Positions 42,498-58,897 are shown, counted from the stretch's first letter. The stretch is DNA of 64,000 bases from Octopus vulgaris (GCA_951406725.2 OX597819.1:19034001-19098000), one strand, 5' to 3'. Numbers and translations: made by a program. The notes: a model not told the origin generated them from the letters alone.

Positions 42498-42866
42498 TAC
42501 TCTTTTACTCTTTTACACTTTTACTTGTTTCAGTCATTTGACTGCGGCCATGCTGGAGCAGCACCTTTTAGTACTTATTCTATCGGTCTCTTTTTGCCGA
42601 ACCGCTAAGTGACGGGGACGTAAACACACCAGCATCGGTTGTCAAGCAATGCTGGGGGACAAACACAGACACACAAACACACATATACATATATATACAT
42701 ATATACGACAGGCTTCTTTCAGTTTCCGTCTACCAAATCCACTCACAAGGCATTGGTCGGCCCGGGGCTATAGCAGAAGACACTTGCCCAAGATGCCACG
42801 CAGTGGGACTGAACCCGCAACCGTGTGGTTGGTTAGCAAGCTACTTACCACACAGCCACTCCTGCG
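42498..42866 (-). mobile_element. CORE-like SINE family C
   Basis: High identity to 63186-63605, with an internal deletion; (CTTTTA)n tail. Confidence 0.92.
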
Positions 42867-43770
42867 ATTGTCCGTTTTCATGTTGTTGACGATTGTCCGT
42901 TTTCATGTTTGCTTTCAAAGTAATAAATATATTTTGTCAGCAAGAAACCCAAACAATTTCCATTAATTAAAGGACCATACGAGAATACATTGGTTTGTAA
43001 CATATTTAAAATTTGGATCAAGATTATAATTGACTGCGGAAGTGAAAGAATTCTCAATTTAAACGATGTCTTAAGCATATCATTGGTTCTTCGTGCGATA
43101 TCAACCAATAATTTTTTTTTCAATTTTATTTTCCATACTGTATATATTAGTCGGGCTGATGTCCACAACTTGATTGTTACTACCACGATGTTCGACCCGT
43201 TCTACGCTCCAGATTTCTTCAAGGATTTCGTGTAGAACTCATTTCTCGTACCGGAATTTCGGACCTAATCCTTTATTTTATCTACGAGTGTACCCTTTCT
43301 CATTTCATTCTCCGCGTTTCGTGGCATATTTTACTTTAGTTGATTTGTTTTCTTTGTAAATTACCCGAATGCATTGTCTGAGATTGAACTCAGGCCCTCG
43401 AGATAACTGCTCTGAATTAAGCAATGTCTTTATCTACCCTGCTATGCCGCCCCTGGAATCTCTGTCACGTCCTAGCATTAGTATACCGCTAATTTATATC
43501 AAGGCCAATAACAAGATTGTATTTTAGTGGTCTTTGACTTGTGTTAGGGTGCGTAATAGCCCTTAATATAACATGTGGTATGTTAGGTACAGCAGGCTTT
43601 TCGTAAGGGACGCAAATATCACATTGATAGACATTACGGACACGTTTAACCTAACCTTATTGTTGCTACTGCTGCTACCCTTGGATTTCACTTACCTCAC
43701 ATATATTATAACAAAGATGAGGACCTATCATGCTAAATTGTCCATACATTCAAGTTGACCATCATAAAAG

Positions 43771-43955
43771 GCAACACAGTTCTCTATTTAAAATATGAGG
43801 AATGATGTACATTATTTACGTTATTTACATTTGGCGGGTATTTGTCGCCATCTTGTTTGTTGTTAACACAACGTTTTGGCTAATATACTTTCCAGCATTC
43901 TTCAGGTATATTGGGGAAATTTCGAGCCGGCGTTCTCATTCCTAAAGCATTTTTA
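43771..43955 (-). mobile_element. Hammerhead-bearing tail module, inverted copy
   Basis: Reverse complement aligns with 45560-45695 (TTAGGAATGAGAAC...TCGAAAT.TCCCCAA...GACAAATA...CAAATGTAAATAA). Confidence 0.85.
43866..43909 (-). ncRNA. Minimal type I hammerhead-like motif (G12>A, likely inactive)
   Basis: ATAC CTGAAGA A TGCTG-GAAAGTATAT-TAGCC AAAA CG TT GTGT: stem I ATAC/GTGT, stem II, palindromic AACGTT at stem III. Confidence 0.6.
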
Positions 43956-43994
43956 CATGTTACTTTTCTTCTTCTTCTTCTTCTTCTTCTTCTT

Positions 43995-44104
<110 letters not shown>

Positions 44105-44108
44105 CAGA

Positions 44109-44188
44109 CCCACGGGAGTATGGTGTAGTGATTAAGAGCGCGGGCTACTTACCCCAAGATTCCGAGTGCGATTCCAGGCAGTGACCTG
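44109..44188 (+). mobile_element. tRNA-like Pol III head followed by (TAA)n
   Basis: Near-identical to 13131-13210; diverged A/B boxes. Confidence 0.8.
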
Positions 44189-44198
44189 AATAATAATG

Positions 44199-45452
<1,254 letters not shown>

Positions 45453-45461
45453 ATAGTAATG

Positions 45462-45527
<66 letters not shown>

Positions 45528-45559
45528 GTAATAAGAATAATAACAACAACAACAACAAC

Positions 45560-45695
45560 TTCGAAAAATACATTAGGAATGAGAACCCATGTTCGAAATA
45601 TCCCCAAGACAACTGATGAAGTCTGGAGGGTATATCAGCTGAAATGATGAGGACAAATATACGTCAAATGTAAATAATATAAATAATATATGAAT
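45560..45695 (+). mobile_element. Hammerhead-bearing tail module, direct copy (cleavage-site region deleted)
   Basis: CTGATGA (45613-45619), A, GTCTG-GAGGGTATAT-CAGCT, GAAA (45641-45644), then a deletion of about 20 nt relative to the 43.8-kb copy. Confidence 0.8.
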
Positions 45696-46202
45696 GGCAA
45701 CATTCTTCATAAATTGATCTCGCATGGATGTTAAAATGAGGATGCTTCAACATAATAGAGATCTAACTGATATTTGGTCGACTATTCAAGTTGAAGCGGT
45801 GATATTTCGACTGTATTATAATTAGGAGATCATTACACAAAATACTTATTCTGATGAACTCCGTTTTGTGGATGCCATAAAATCGTCCACATTAGAAGTA
45901 TATCGTGATCGACCATTGAAAATTGTCTGTTGCCTTTTAATATTTCGTCTCAAAGACTCGAAAAGCGTGACAGCAGCAATTGAAGCTTAGATAAATTGGA
46001 ATGACAAAAGGTCAAATGAGAAAAGAATACATGGATATATGGATAACAATGTTAATATTTTTATTAATGCATTTAAAGCAGAGATAAATGAATGATAATT
46101 CAAACGGCTTTTGTTTTCTGTTGGCCCTGCAACTCGATCTGGCTTCCATTAATGCATAATACATCTTGCAAATCTGTAGATAGCACAATACTAGGGAAAT
46201 AA

Positions 46203-46238
<36 letters not shown>

Positions 46239-46263
46239 CATACATACAAACACACACACCCAC

Positions 46264-46298
<35 letters not shown>

Positions 46299-46335
46299 TA
46301 TATATATATACATATATATATATTTTTTTGAATGA

Positions 46336-46371
<36 letters not shown>

Positions 46372-46381
46372 GTGTGTATGA

Positions 46382-46443
<62 letters not shown>

Positions 46444-47265
46444 TCATGATAAAAACATATATATGTCCGTGTGTGTGCTTGTGCGTTTGTACATATATTT
46501 CTCTGTGCGTGATTTTTTTAATAAATATATATGACGATAGATATATATTTATACTTTCCACGCACGCGTACAACAGATACTCATGTTCACATTGGCACAC
46601 ACACACACACACAAACACATACACACACACACATACAAACACACTTATTTATACATTACTTGATATATCAGTCGTTCATCGCACCATTAGCCAATTCTAT
46701 AGATTCCAATATCTACGTGTTAACTCGGCAATAGAATACAATGTCGCTTAGCACAATGATAAAATTGATATTACAAAATTTTAATAAATCTCGTCAACAA
46801 TAGCATAGAGTCAGAGAGATTTACACTTTTCTATTGAAACGTTAGTAGCGGGGTGCGTGGGTGGGCAAGGAGCAGGAAGAATGGTGGTGGGTAGAATGAA
46901 TCATGGTGAAGGTGGAGAGGTGGTGGCAATGGAGGAATACCTATTGATTATAAACTATATCATAACTGGCAACACTAAAGCTAACAACGGTAACACTACC
47001 TCAGGAAACAGCAGCAGCAGCAACGGCAACGGTAAAAACACTAACATCAACTTCAACAACAATAAAACGTGAAAAGACAGAAAAAAAAAGAAAAATCGCC
47101 GAAAACAACAACACGAGTAATGAAGGTTTCACCGACAATATTATCAGCAATGAGGCCATCGGCTGCGCATTCGCCTTCGACAAGAAACCCCTGACAACAG
47201 CTGAACCTAAAACATTAGTATCTCCAACAACATGAACATCAGCAATATCCTCATTAATACTAATA

Positions 47266-47681
47266 TATTTCTTCTACCCACAAGGAGGTAAACACAGAGG
47301 GGACAACCAAGGACAGTCACACGGATTAAGTCGATTAAATCGACCCCAGTGAGTAACTGGTACTTATTTAATCGACCCCGAAAGGATGAACGGCATAGTC
47401 GACCTCGGCGGAATTTGAACTCAGAACGTAGCAGCAAACGAAATACGTATTTCTTTATTACCCACAAGGGGCTAAACACAGAGGGGACAAACAAGGACAG
47501 ACGTAGGTATTAAGTCGATTACATTGACACCAGTGCGTAACTGGTACTTATTTTATCGACCCCGAAAGGATGAATGGCATAGTCGGACCTCGGCAGAATT
47601 TGAACTCAGAACGTAGCAGCAGAAGAAATACGGCTACGCATTTCGCCCGGCGTGCTAACGATTCTGCCAGCCCGCCGCCTT
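47266..47681 (-). mobile_element. SINE family B (tail A), full unit plus head-less second unit
   Basis: Full unit about 47451-47681; the second restarts at GTATTTCGT. Imperfect TSD TCATTA.TACT.ATA at 47251-47265 and 47686-47700. Confidence 0.88.
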
Positions 47682-48596
47682 TTCATCATTATTACTTATA
47701 CTCGCAACAACACGAACAACAATAACAGCATCAAGAACGACGGTAAAAACTTCCTCAACCAACTCCACCATCAGCTGGAATATCTGTATCGCCAACAAAA
47801 CCATCGCCATCACCTGGCTTAGCTTGAACGCCACACATCGATACCAATGTTACGAACGTCACCGTACATACTAAAACCAACAACGTCTCCATCTAAAACA
47901 CCCCCCCCATCATCATCATCAACATCACCAACAAGATCACCATCACAAAGAATATGAACATCATCGTCATCTCCAGTATCTCCACTTAGACACACAAACA
48001 TAATGCTCCCGATCTTCACCAGCATCCCGTGCATGCTAGCACCACCACCACCACCACCACCACCACCGACATAACCTGAAACCTCACCACCAACTCAACT
48101 CTAACGTCAGCCCCGCTGCATCACCGCCGCTTACATCCTACTACAAAAATACAATCACATACCGTTTCGCCACATCACACATCATTCCACCTCGCCGCCG
48201 CCGCCATCGCCATCGCCATCGCCATCATCGTCAGACTCATTATCGTCCTCCTTGTCATCGTCGTCGACGCCATCGCCATCGTCATCATCACTAACATCAT
48301 CATAATCATCGTCGTCGTCATCGTCATCAACATCATCATCCCCATCGTCGACGTCATCATCATCATTGACTGGTATTTTATTATTAACGACCAAAGAGAA
48401 TTAATGGAGGTAAATACCGTTGATAAGGAACTGTAATAAAGAATGATTAACCAAAGAAATAATGAATATTTATTAAAAACATCAAAACAAAGACGCTAAT
48501 AATTTCTATAATGAAACCTCCCTATTTCCTCTCACATAATAGATTTAACTCTCTCACTCTCTCTCTCCCTCTCCCTCTCTCTCTCTTCCTTTCGCC

Positions 48597-48632
<36 letters not shown>

Positions 48633-48639
48633 ACTATCC

Positions 48640-48718
<79 letters not shown>

Positions 48719-48726
48719 ATACATAC

Positions 48727-48779
<53 letters not shown>

Positions 48780-48784
48780 CATAC

Positions 48785-48820
<36 letters not shown>

Positions 48821-49578
48821 CATATACATATATATATATATGTATGTATGTATGTATATATATGTCTGTATTTTTGTATGTATGTCTAAGTTTACGTGTA
48901 TACCTATTTACTTCCGACTTTAAATTTTCATATCTTTTGTCCTGTCTTTCTTACTTCTCTCTCTATCTCCCCCGCTTCCCATCTCTTGTTCTCTTTGTCT
49001 GTCTCTGTCTCTCATTCTCTTTCTCTTCCCCTCTCGCTTTTATCTCTGTTTATCGCTTTTTCAATTGAATATTTCAATTTGTTTAAAATTTCTCTCCTTT
49101 TTCCCCTCTTTTATTATTTCCGTCTATTATTCAATCTCTCGCTCTAGGTTTTCGAACTTCCTCACTTTGTCTCTCTCTCTCTCTCCCTCTCTCTTCTATT
49201 TCCACACACACACACACACACTCTTTCTCTAATTACCATTCTCTCTCACTATTTCTCTTTCTAACTTTCTCATTACCCGTCTCTCTCTCTCTCTCTCTCT
49301 CACTCTCCCCCTTTCCTTCGCTCTCTCGCTCTGCATTCAGTGACAGAGACACGCTATGACGTAATGCCATGGAAACTTTCAACAGTTAACTCTCTCCCAT
49401 ACATGCAATACTTATCATCATTATTATATCGTCGAACAAAACAACAAGAAAAACAATATAACAAGATTCAACTGCGTAAAATAAATGAAAACACAATAGG
49501 ATATTTCAATACTGCATATGTATGTTTATGTTTAGGTATGTATATATATGTATGCATACGTAGATACACACATACATA

Positions 49579-49626
<48 letters not shown>

Positions 49627-49750
49627 TTTATGTATGTGTATATATATATATATGGATGTATACACACATACATTCATGTGTGCTTATATACATAATATTA
49701 ATACATATATAGATATTTACATGCATATATATATATATACACACACAGAC

Positions 49751-49842
<92 letters not shown>

Positions 49843-50499
49843 CGTGACGAGCATTCATACATGTATACCCACATACATGGAAAATACATACAAACATACT
49901 TACATAAGCACACACATACGGAGCGGAAAATGAGAAATTCTGTTTTAATAATGGCAAGAGTTTCATTGAATACTTTGAATGAAAATAATGAAAATAATTC
50001 TAAATAAACAAGTGAAAATCATTTTCAAAATCTATCCTGAATAATAGCGAGGCAATTTATTGGATGATTTCAATGTATCACTACAATAAAACTTTCATTA
50101 AACCGCAGTGTGTCAAATGTTGGTTGCGAGCACTGAAAAACAGCAATCTTTCCGTGCCTTTTCTAATTAAATCGAGGACGAAGTTGATATCCATCGCAAT
50201 AGATATTTCAATTTTTGAAACCCCCACCCACTATTTTCTGGAATAATAATAACTGATTTTCCCTCAAATCAATCAAAGATAAAGGCCCATTGAATATTTC
50301 AATTTTAGATAAATTACGTATGAATATATAAGCAATGTGTAGCAAGGAAGACATTTTTGATGGTAGGAAGTTGAACTTGCAACAAGGTTTTAACCATTTA
50401 ATGATCCTCACTCTGATCTCATTAAGTGGTTAGTCATTAATTTTGTACCTCACATGGCGTCTGATGTGGCTCTTTTGAAAAGACACCCACATAGATTTT

Positions 50500-51645
50500 A
50501 CATCCGATTTGGACCACTAAGAGTTGCAGTTAATTTCTGAAATTTGTGGATCTTAAAACGCCTTTTGAGGCCTCCGCTACATTTGCAGACGTTATAACAT
50601 ACACGGTATTGAAAAGAGTGTACAGAGATATAGGCAAAATAGTTGGTGGAGTTTCGCTTTTCTATGGGTCTGCAAATGAGATTTGAGCCCTGTAAAAGCA
50701 AGGCATGATCCGTCACAAACTGTGCACACACAAAGTTCATTGTGATTCATCTCGATCGTAATATCCTTCTTTAAATCTCCCTTGAGTCTTGTATGTATTT
50801 TACTGGCCTCTTCAAACGCTTTTACTCCACTTCACACTTTTGTTCGCCATCCAGATAGATCTGAAGCAAGGGTTTGTATGTCCTCTGCATCCATTCCAAG
50901 TGACTTCTTGGTAGTCCTTATTTCGTCTTTAAAACCCTTTTGAGGTTTACACCGATAGCATTTCCCCTCTGCAAGCTCTCCATGAAACTGTTGTTCGGGT
51001 GTGCGTTCATCTGCCATTCGAACAATATGGATAAACCATCTTCTTTGGTTTTCCAGAATCATAGCTTTAATTGAGGTAATGTCTGCAGACGTAAGGACAT
51101 CAGTGTTTGGAGTAAAAGAACTCCATTTAATGCTTAAAATGCGATGAGGCATTTTTGGTGGAATTGTTCTAACAATTTGAAATGTATTTTATAACATGCC
51201 CACGTTCCAGAAGAAAACAACAGGGATGGTAAGACAAATGATTTGTAAAGAGCCGATTTTCTATTGTTATTTGTATGTCGTTGATGCCAAACGCGTGGCT
51301 CCAAACCACCAAATGTTTGTGCTGCCTTTTAAATTCGCAAATGTGTTTCTGTCCAGATTTCTCTCATTTTCTACAGAGCTTCCAAAATAGTTGAAAGAAT
51401 TTACAACATTAAATAACTTACCATTAACCAAAATTTTAGTGGGGTTGCAAACTGCATCACGTACAGGTTGATACATTACAACACAAGCTTAGTCAAATGC
51501 AGATACAAGAGATTACAGACGTGTTTCAGAACGACTGACTACATCGCAATCGTCAGCGTATAAAAATTCCCTTATGAGTGAAGCAGAAATCCTCGTTTTG
51601 AATTTTAGTCTGTTCAGATTAATAAAACATTCCCTGTTGTTCGAT
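50500..51645 (-). mobile_element. Decayed RTE (BovB-like) LINE, RT C-terminal half plus C2H2-like fingers
   Basis: [11 protein letters not shown] (RT motif), VNSFNYFGS, RILSIKW...QRRWFIHIVRMADERTPEQQFHGEL...FKD..., CYNVCKCSGGLKRRFKIH. Multiple frameshifts. Confidence 0.92.
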
Positions 51646-51704
51646 ATGTTATGTATATATATATAACGTGTGTGTGTGTGTGTCTGTGTGTGAGTGTGTG
51701 TATG

Positions 51705-51763
<59 letters not shown>

Positions 51764-51811
51764 GTGTATGTACACACAAACACACACACAGGTATATATA
51801 TATATATATGC

Positions 51812-51844
<33 letters not shown>

Positions 51845-52274
51845 TGTATGTATGTATGTATGTATGTATAACTCGTTTACACTCGCAAAGTGTTCTCACA
51901 AACTGCGGGTAGACAGAATACTAACGTAGTACGTAATTGGCCAACGTGCTCTACTATAGAATCGATTATAATATCTCATGCTATGTGGTGTGAGCTACCA
52001 AAGCACATGATCATATCTAGGTCTAAAATCATTTGAAATGTGTTGGTTAATTATGCGTCTTAAGATCTAATATCTATTAAGAATTTTACGGATGTATGGC
52101 GTTGTATGGATTGAAAAATTACGCTTGCTAAAGACTATCTGTGTTTATCATTGAGATATTAGCACTTCACTTTAAACAATGTTCTACGCTTCATGGATAT
52201 GCATCTAATTACTTCTGCCCAATTATAAGTATTTTTTTCAGGAACATTTACATTTCTATCTATCTATCTAGTTG

Positions 52275-52353
<79 letters not shown>

Positions 52354-52513
52354 GTCTTTCTGTCTATATTTTATCAACCTATCCATCAAAGTCTCTTTCG
52401 CTATCTTCCTTTCTCTCTCTCTCTCCCTTGCTGTATATATATATATATCATATATGTGTATATACCTGAAATTGAGAACTAATAGTTTTTCTGAGCATAT
52501 ATACACATTTACA

Positions 52514-52566
<53 letters not shown>

Positions 52567-53461
52567 ATATATATATATCTGTGTGTGTGTGTCTGTGTCT
52601 GTGCGTGTGCGTGAGTATAGATATAAATATATATATATGTGTGTGCTCCTTACATATTCAACTGTATAAATATTTGTATATACATGCATACATATGCATG
52701 TATGTATATGCACATATTTATAGATAGTTAGATAGATAGAAAGACAGTTAGACACCATGTGTAATTGTGTATATGTGTGTATATGTGTATGGTCGATAGT
52801 TACCATTTAATAGATAAATAATAAGTAAAAGTACTGTACTCTATTAATACAATTTCTCTCAATGTATTTACGTTGTTTTAATTTCACTGAATTCCACAGC
52901 TATAATTATACATCACTTATTGGAACCGAAGCTGTATTTCTAAAAGAGTTCTTGCTAATTAAATCTAATTATACGCTTTGAAATTAGTATTTGGTTTCAT
53001 TTTATCTATTATCAGTAGAAAAGCTACTATTGTCCATAATATATTCATTACTCATTTCTTCGCAAATTACGATTACTTGGAAATATTCCTACCACATATC
53101 ATGGTGACTCTTGAATTAATTAGGAATCTTACTTCGTCAAATATGCAACCATTATTACGTGCTTTTTTTTTACCGTATGACTAGCGATAGTATTTAAGAT
53201 TTTGTTTAATTTGTTTTTATCTCGTTTTTGTTTTAAATTTTGTTGTTGATGATGATGCTTTTATTGTTTTTAATATAATTCTTTTGATTTTGATTCTAAT
53301 TTTCCCAATTCCCCTCCTCTTCCTCATCCTCCTCTATCGTCTTCTTCTTCTTCATCATCATCATCATCATCATCTTCTTCTTCATCATCATCATCATCAT
53401 CATCTTCTTCTTATTATTATTATTATTATTATTATAATGACTACTATCATTATTATTATTA

Positions 53462-53866
53462 TTTCCTGTGCACAGCTTCTAATGCTGGAGATGTACTACG
53501 GTGTCAGTTGTTCAATACCAGTGAACTAAGGTAACACTTCTTATTTTTTTAGCACCATCCGGAGCATGCGAGCGGTTCCAAGCAGTGATATTTTCTGCAA
53601 GTGCTCCACCCTTATTGGAGTCCCTATTCGTTCCACGTATTTCTTGAGATTTTTGCTTACTGCTCGCAGGGCTCCGACAATTATTGTTACTACTACCACC
53701 TTTTACATTGATCACAACTGCTTAACTTCCCAAGCTAACCTGTCATATCTCTCGACTTTTCTTTCTTCCTTATCGCATACCTTTTTGTCAAATGGGCATG
53801 CTATGTCTATGATCCAACATAATTTGCTTTCTTTCTCAATTAAGACTGTCTGGCTTCCTATTCTCT
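53462..53866 (-). mobile_element. R4/Dong-type LINE 3' fragment between trinucleotide tracts
   Basis: Minus strand NRKPD...CWIIDIACPFD...KEERKVERYDRLAWEVKQL...IIVGALRAVSKNLKKYVERIG..IRVEHLQKISLLGTARMLR. 3'UTR matches 13320-13391. Confidence 0.88.
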
Positions 53867-53980
53867 ATCTTCTTCTTCTTCTTCTCCTTCTTCTTCTTCT
53901 TCTTCTTCTTCTTCTTCTTCTTCTTCTTCTTCTTCTTCTTCTCCTTCTTCTTCTTCTTCCTCTTCCTCTTCTTATTATTA

Positions 53981-54048
<68 letters not shown>

Positions 54049-54058
54049 GTTGTTGTTG

Positions 54059-54099
<41 letters not shown>

Positions 54100-54100
54100 G

Positions 54101-54135
<35 letters not shown>

Positions 54136-55380
54136 GTTGTTGTTGTTGTTATTATTATTATGAAGTGTTGGTTTCGCTTTGAGTTTTCTGCTGTTATTAA
54201 ATCATTGGACATTTTTCTCAGGTCTCTTCTATTATGGCTTTCAAATACATAGAAGATAGTATGTCTTCCTCATGATGCTCTTGAAATTGTTGTTGCAGTT
54301 ACTTCTGCTGCAGCTGTAGTGATTACCGGTGTTGGTATTGTTGTTGCTGTCGTTGTTATTGTTGTTGTTGTTGTTGTTTTCTGCTACTGCTCTTTTTGTT
54401 GTTTGTTATACTCAAAGAAATATTTAACGTATGTTGACACAACAGAAAAAGATGTGTATAGTGTCCAGGCAACATTGGTTATTTGAGAATGCTGACATCT
54501 ATAATATAACCCAAAAAAAAAAAAGAAAGAAATGAAACCATAAGTGAAGACATAAAATCGTAAAAGATAAATGAAATTATAAAAATAAGAGAAAATAGAG
54601 AAAGAAAGAATGAAGTAAAAGAAAAGAGAATGAAACAATACTTGTTTATAGTTTACGATTGCTAACTTCAGTTCAAGACGAAAAAAAAAAAATGTTATTT
54701 TAGTTTTCTCTTTCATGGTAAGGAAAGTATAAAGCCGATAAGACATTTTAAAGAGAGCATCAACGTGTAATTTATATCAACAACGTGCATCCATAAACAT
54801 AATACTCAAATTTCCTATCATCTATTCTTTAACCTTTCTCCAATTATTAGTCTCACGATTTCCATTTCTCTCTCTCTCACACGCTTTCTGTTGCTTTACC
54901 TCACACGCGCACACACATTCTCCTGTATATACATACATATCAGTATATATATACTCACACCTACATTCATATACATACAATATATAAATATATATATTCA
55001 TATGCATACATGTGTGTGCCTGTGTGTATGCGTGTATACGTATGTATGTATATATATATATGTATGTATATGCATATATATTTATATGTATATTTGCGTA
55101 TATATATATATATATATACGCACATACATATATATATATTTATATATGTATGCGTGTATATATATATATATATATATGTGCATGTATTCTTTTATTGTTT
55201 TATTCTTTTACTGGTTTCAGTAATTTCACTAGAGCACCACCTTTAGTCGAACTAATCGACCCCAGGACTTATTCTTTTTACTTATTCTATCGGTCTGTTA
55301 TGCCCAACCGCAACGTTTTGGTGACCTAAGCACACCAACATCGATTGTCAAGCGTTAGTGTTCTGGAGACACACACAGAC

Positions 55381-55511
<131 letters not shown>

Positions 55512-55924
55512 CGTTTAAATATTTTTTGTGCAAGATTTTTTAAGTGAAGTCGTGTGTCGAAACAGATATTGTTATATTTCGGAATGGTCATTTTGCCAGT
55601 TTAGCCAATAAAAACACACGCACTATATATTTGGTGTTACTTTGCTTCAGTGTTATTTATTTTTTACATTAATCTTAATCTTATTTCAGGCAGAGTTCTT
55701 TCGTCACACTCCTGTGACGGCATCAGTGGTCCTTTGTTTTCTTCTCACTTATTTGTGTCTCTCCTTACTAACTGTCAGGAGTGTGACGAAAGAACTCTGG
55801 CCGAAATAAGATTAAGATTAATGTAAAAAATAAATAACACTGAAGCAAAGTAACACCAAATATATAGTGCGTGTGTTTTTATTGGCTAAACTGGCAAAAT
55901 GACCATTCCGAAATATAACAATAT
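55512..55924 (-). mobile_element. Asymmetric inverted-repeat element (Penelope pLTR-like) in (TA)n
   Basis: 149-bp arms 55566-55714 and 55776-55924 (2 mismatches seen), a 61-nt spacer, and an unpaired extension 55512-55565. Confidence 0.85.
55688..55732 (-). ncRNA. Type I hammerhead-like variant
   Basis: GGACCA CTGATG CC GTCACA-GGAG-TGTGAC GAAA GAAC TC TG(C/G)C: 6-bp stem II, GAAA and UC site; CC replaces canonical A9. Confidence 0.5.
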
Positions 55925-55925
55925 G

Positions 55926-55980
<55 letters not shown>

Positions 55981-56234
55981 GACGAGCTTCTTTCAGTTTC
56001 CGTTTACGAAATCCTCTCACATGGCTTTCTTTAGCGCGGGGCTATAGTAGAAGGTGCCATGCAGTGGGACTGAATCCGGAACAATGTGGTTGGGAAGCAA
56101 GCTTCTTACCACACAGCCACGCCCGCGCCTCCACACAAGCACACGCCTACACCTTGTGTGTATTGATATCAATATACGATTCTTATTTTTCTTCTTCTTC
56201 TTCTTCTTCTTCTTCTTCTTTTTCTTCTTCTTAC

Positions 56235-56420
56235 TTACAACCGGTGTTGGTGTGATTACATCCACGTACTTTAGCGGCTCAGCAAAATAGAATTATTGGA
56301 TATATGCTAAACTTACCAAGAATAAGTCCTGTGGTCGATTTCTCAAACTTCAAAAAAACCTTTTAAGGCGGTCTCCAGTTTGGCCGTACTCAAATAACTG
56401 AAACAAGTGAAATAATAGAA
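56235..56420 (+). mobile_element. SINE family C 3' half, diverged
   Basis: ACAACCGGTGTTGGTGTG...AGAATAAGTCCTG.GGTCGATT...AAGGCGG...AACTGAAACAAG. Confidence 0.7.
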
Positions 56421-56719
56421 GAATATGTATGTGTGTATGTGCTCGTGCGTCTTCGCGTATGCGAGCGCATAGTGCGTCTGTGTATGTGTGTGTTTGTGTG
56501 TGTATATGGAAAAAAATTGAAAACCATAGGTGTTGAGTTGGTGATCTTTTTATGACATCTACACACGCTTCAGTATCTTTCAACACTTGAAGCCATATTA
56601 TAGATGCAGACAATAGATCATACCGCAGACCAGTCTGGAGCAAAAGGCATCATCAAACAATTGTCAGAGGAAGACAGAGACATTTATAACTTGACAGACA
56701 TGCACAGAAATAGGTTAAT

Positions 56720-57172
<453 letters not shown>

Positions 57173-57959
57173 TTAGTTTCTTTATTGGCCACACAGGGCC
57201 GAACACAGTTGGGACAAAATACATTGCAGAGCTTCTCTTTTCCAAAGTACCATAAATAAAATTCCCATCACAAGGGACTTATAGATAGATATACTTTAAG
57301 AAACCACATACTTCAGAGATTAATTAATACGTATGAGGAAACATATATCTATAGTTATATATCTACAGTGGAATTTTATATATAATTACATTCATTAACT
57401 CATACACACGCCCGCACACATCTATGTGTGTATTTTTACATGCATCTACATACATCTATGTTTATCTATTATATGCTTCAAAACACATACATGCCTGTCA
57501 TTATAAGTTTCCATAGTTATTGCCCAAAGAGAAGTCGTGAGATCCGTTCCAAGATGAGGCTCATAAAGAATTCTTCAATATATAACCTCACATAAGCTAC
57601 ACATCTGCATATTAGTTTCTATTCAATTCTAATCTGAACAATTGTCTACCTAAATTATTGTATAATATGTCGATATGGATGTATTTTCTTCTAAGGATGT
57701 CTCTGTGCTTCCTGTGTGTGTGTGTGTGCGTGTGATTGTGTGTATGGATGTATAACGCAACGTGCATATGAGTGTATATAGATTAAGGGATAGCATTTGC
57801 TAGAGGCATACAGAGTTAAGCATGTGTGTATATGTGTGTGTATACACGCACACACACTCATATTCTAACATACGTATGCATGCAGTCACACTCAAAATCA
57901 GACGCGCAAAATACATTTGCGTACATTTAATATACATACATACATACACACATACATAC

Positions 57960-58054
<95 letters not shown>

Positions 58055-58121
58055 CGTAGGTATGTATGTATGCATATATATATGCGTATGTATGTATTAT
58101 GAATATATATATATATAAATG

Positions 58122-58167
<46 letters not shown>

Positions 58168-58197
58168 TACATATAGATGTATGTGTGTGTATATATA

Positions 58198-58252
<55 letters not shown>

Positions 58253-58283
58253 CACACACATATACACATATACAATATATATG

Positions 58284-58400
<117 letters not shown>

Positions 58401-58734
58401 TATGTATATATATATATATATATATATACACATACATACATACACTTGCATTGGTATGTAGATTGATCAAGGAAGAAGGTAAAGTGAGAAAGCCGAAATT
58501 TCATGAAAGCCATTCATGCAGCTTTTGGATATTCTGCGTAACTTATGCTGTTTTCGAACTACACAACAGGAAGCATAACTGTGTTGTTAAATACATGCGT
58601 ATACTTGCTTTTATGCACCAATTCAAGTATCCACGTATCTCTCACTCTCTCACACTCTCTCTATCTCTCTGTCTATCTACCTATCTATGTATCTACCTGT
58701 CACTCTATTTGTTCGCCTACATACATATATACAT

Positions 58735-58897
58735 AGTGGGTGTGTGGTAAGTAGCTTGCTTACGAACCACATGGTTCCGGGTTCAGTCCCACGGCGTGGC
58801 ACCTTGGGCAAGTCTCTTCTGCTATAGCCTCGGGCCGACCAATGCCTTGTGAGTGGATTTGGCCGACGGTAACTGAAAGTAGCCCGTCGTATATATG

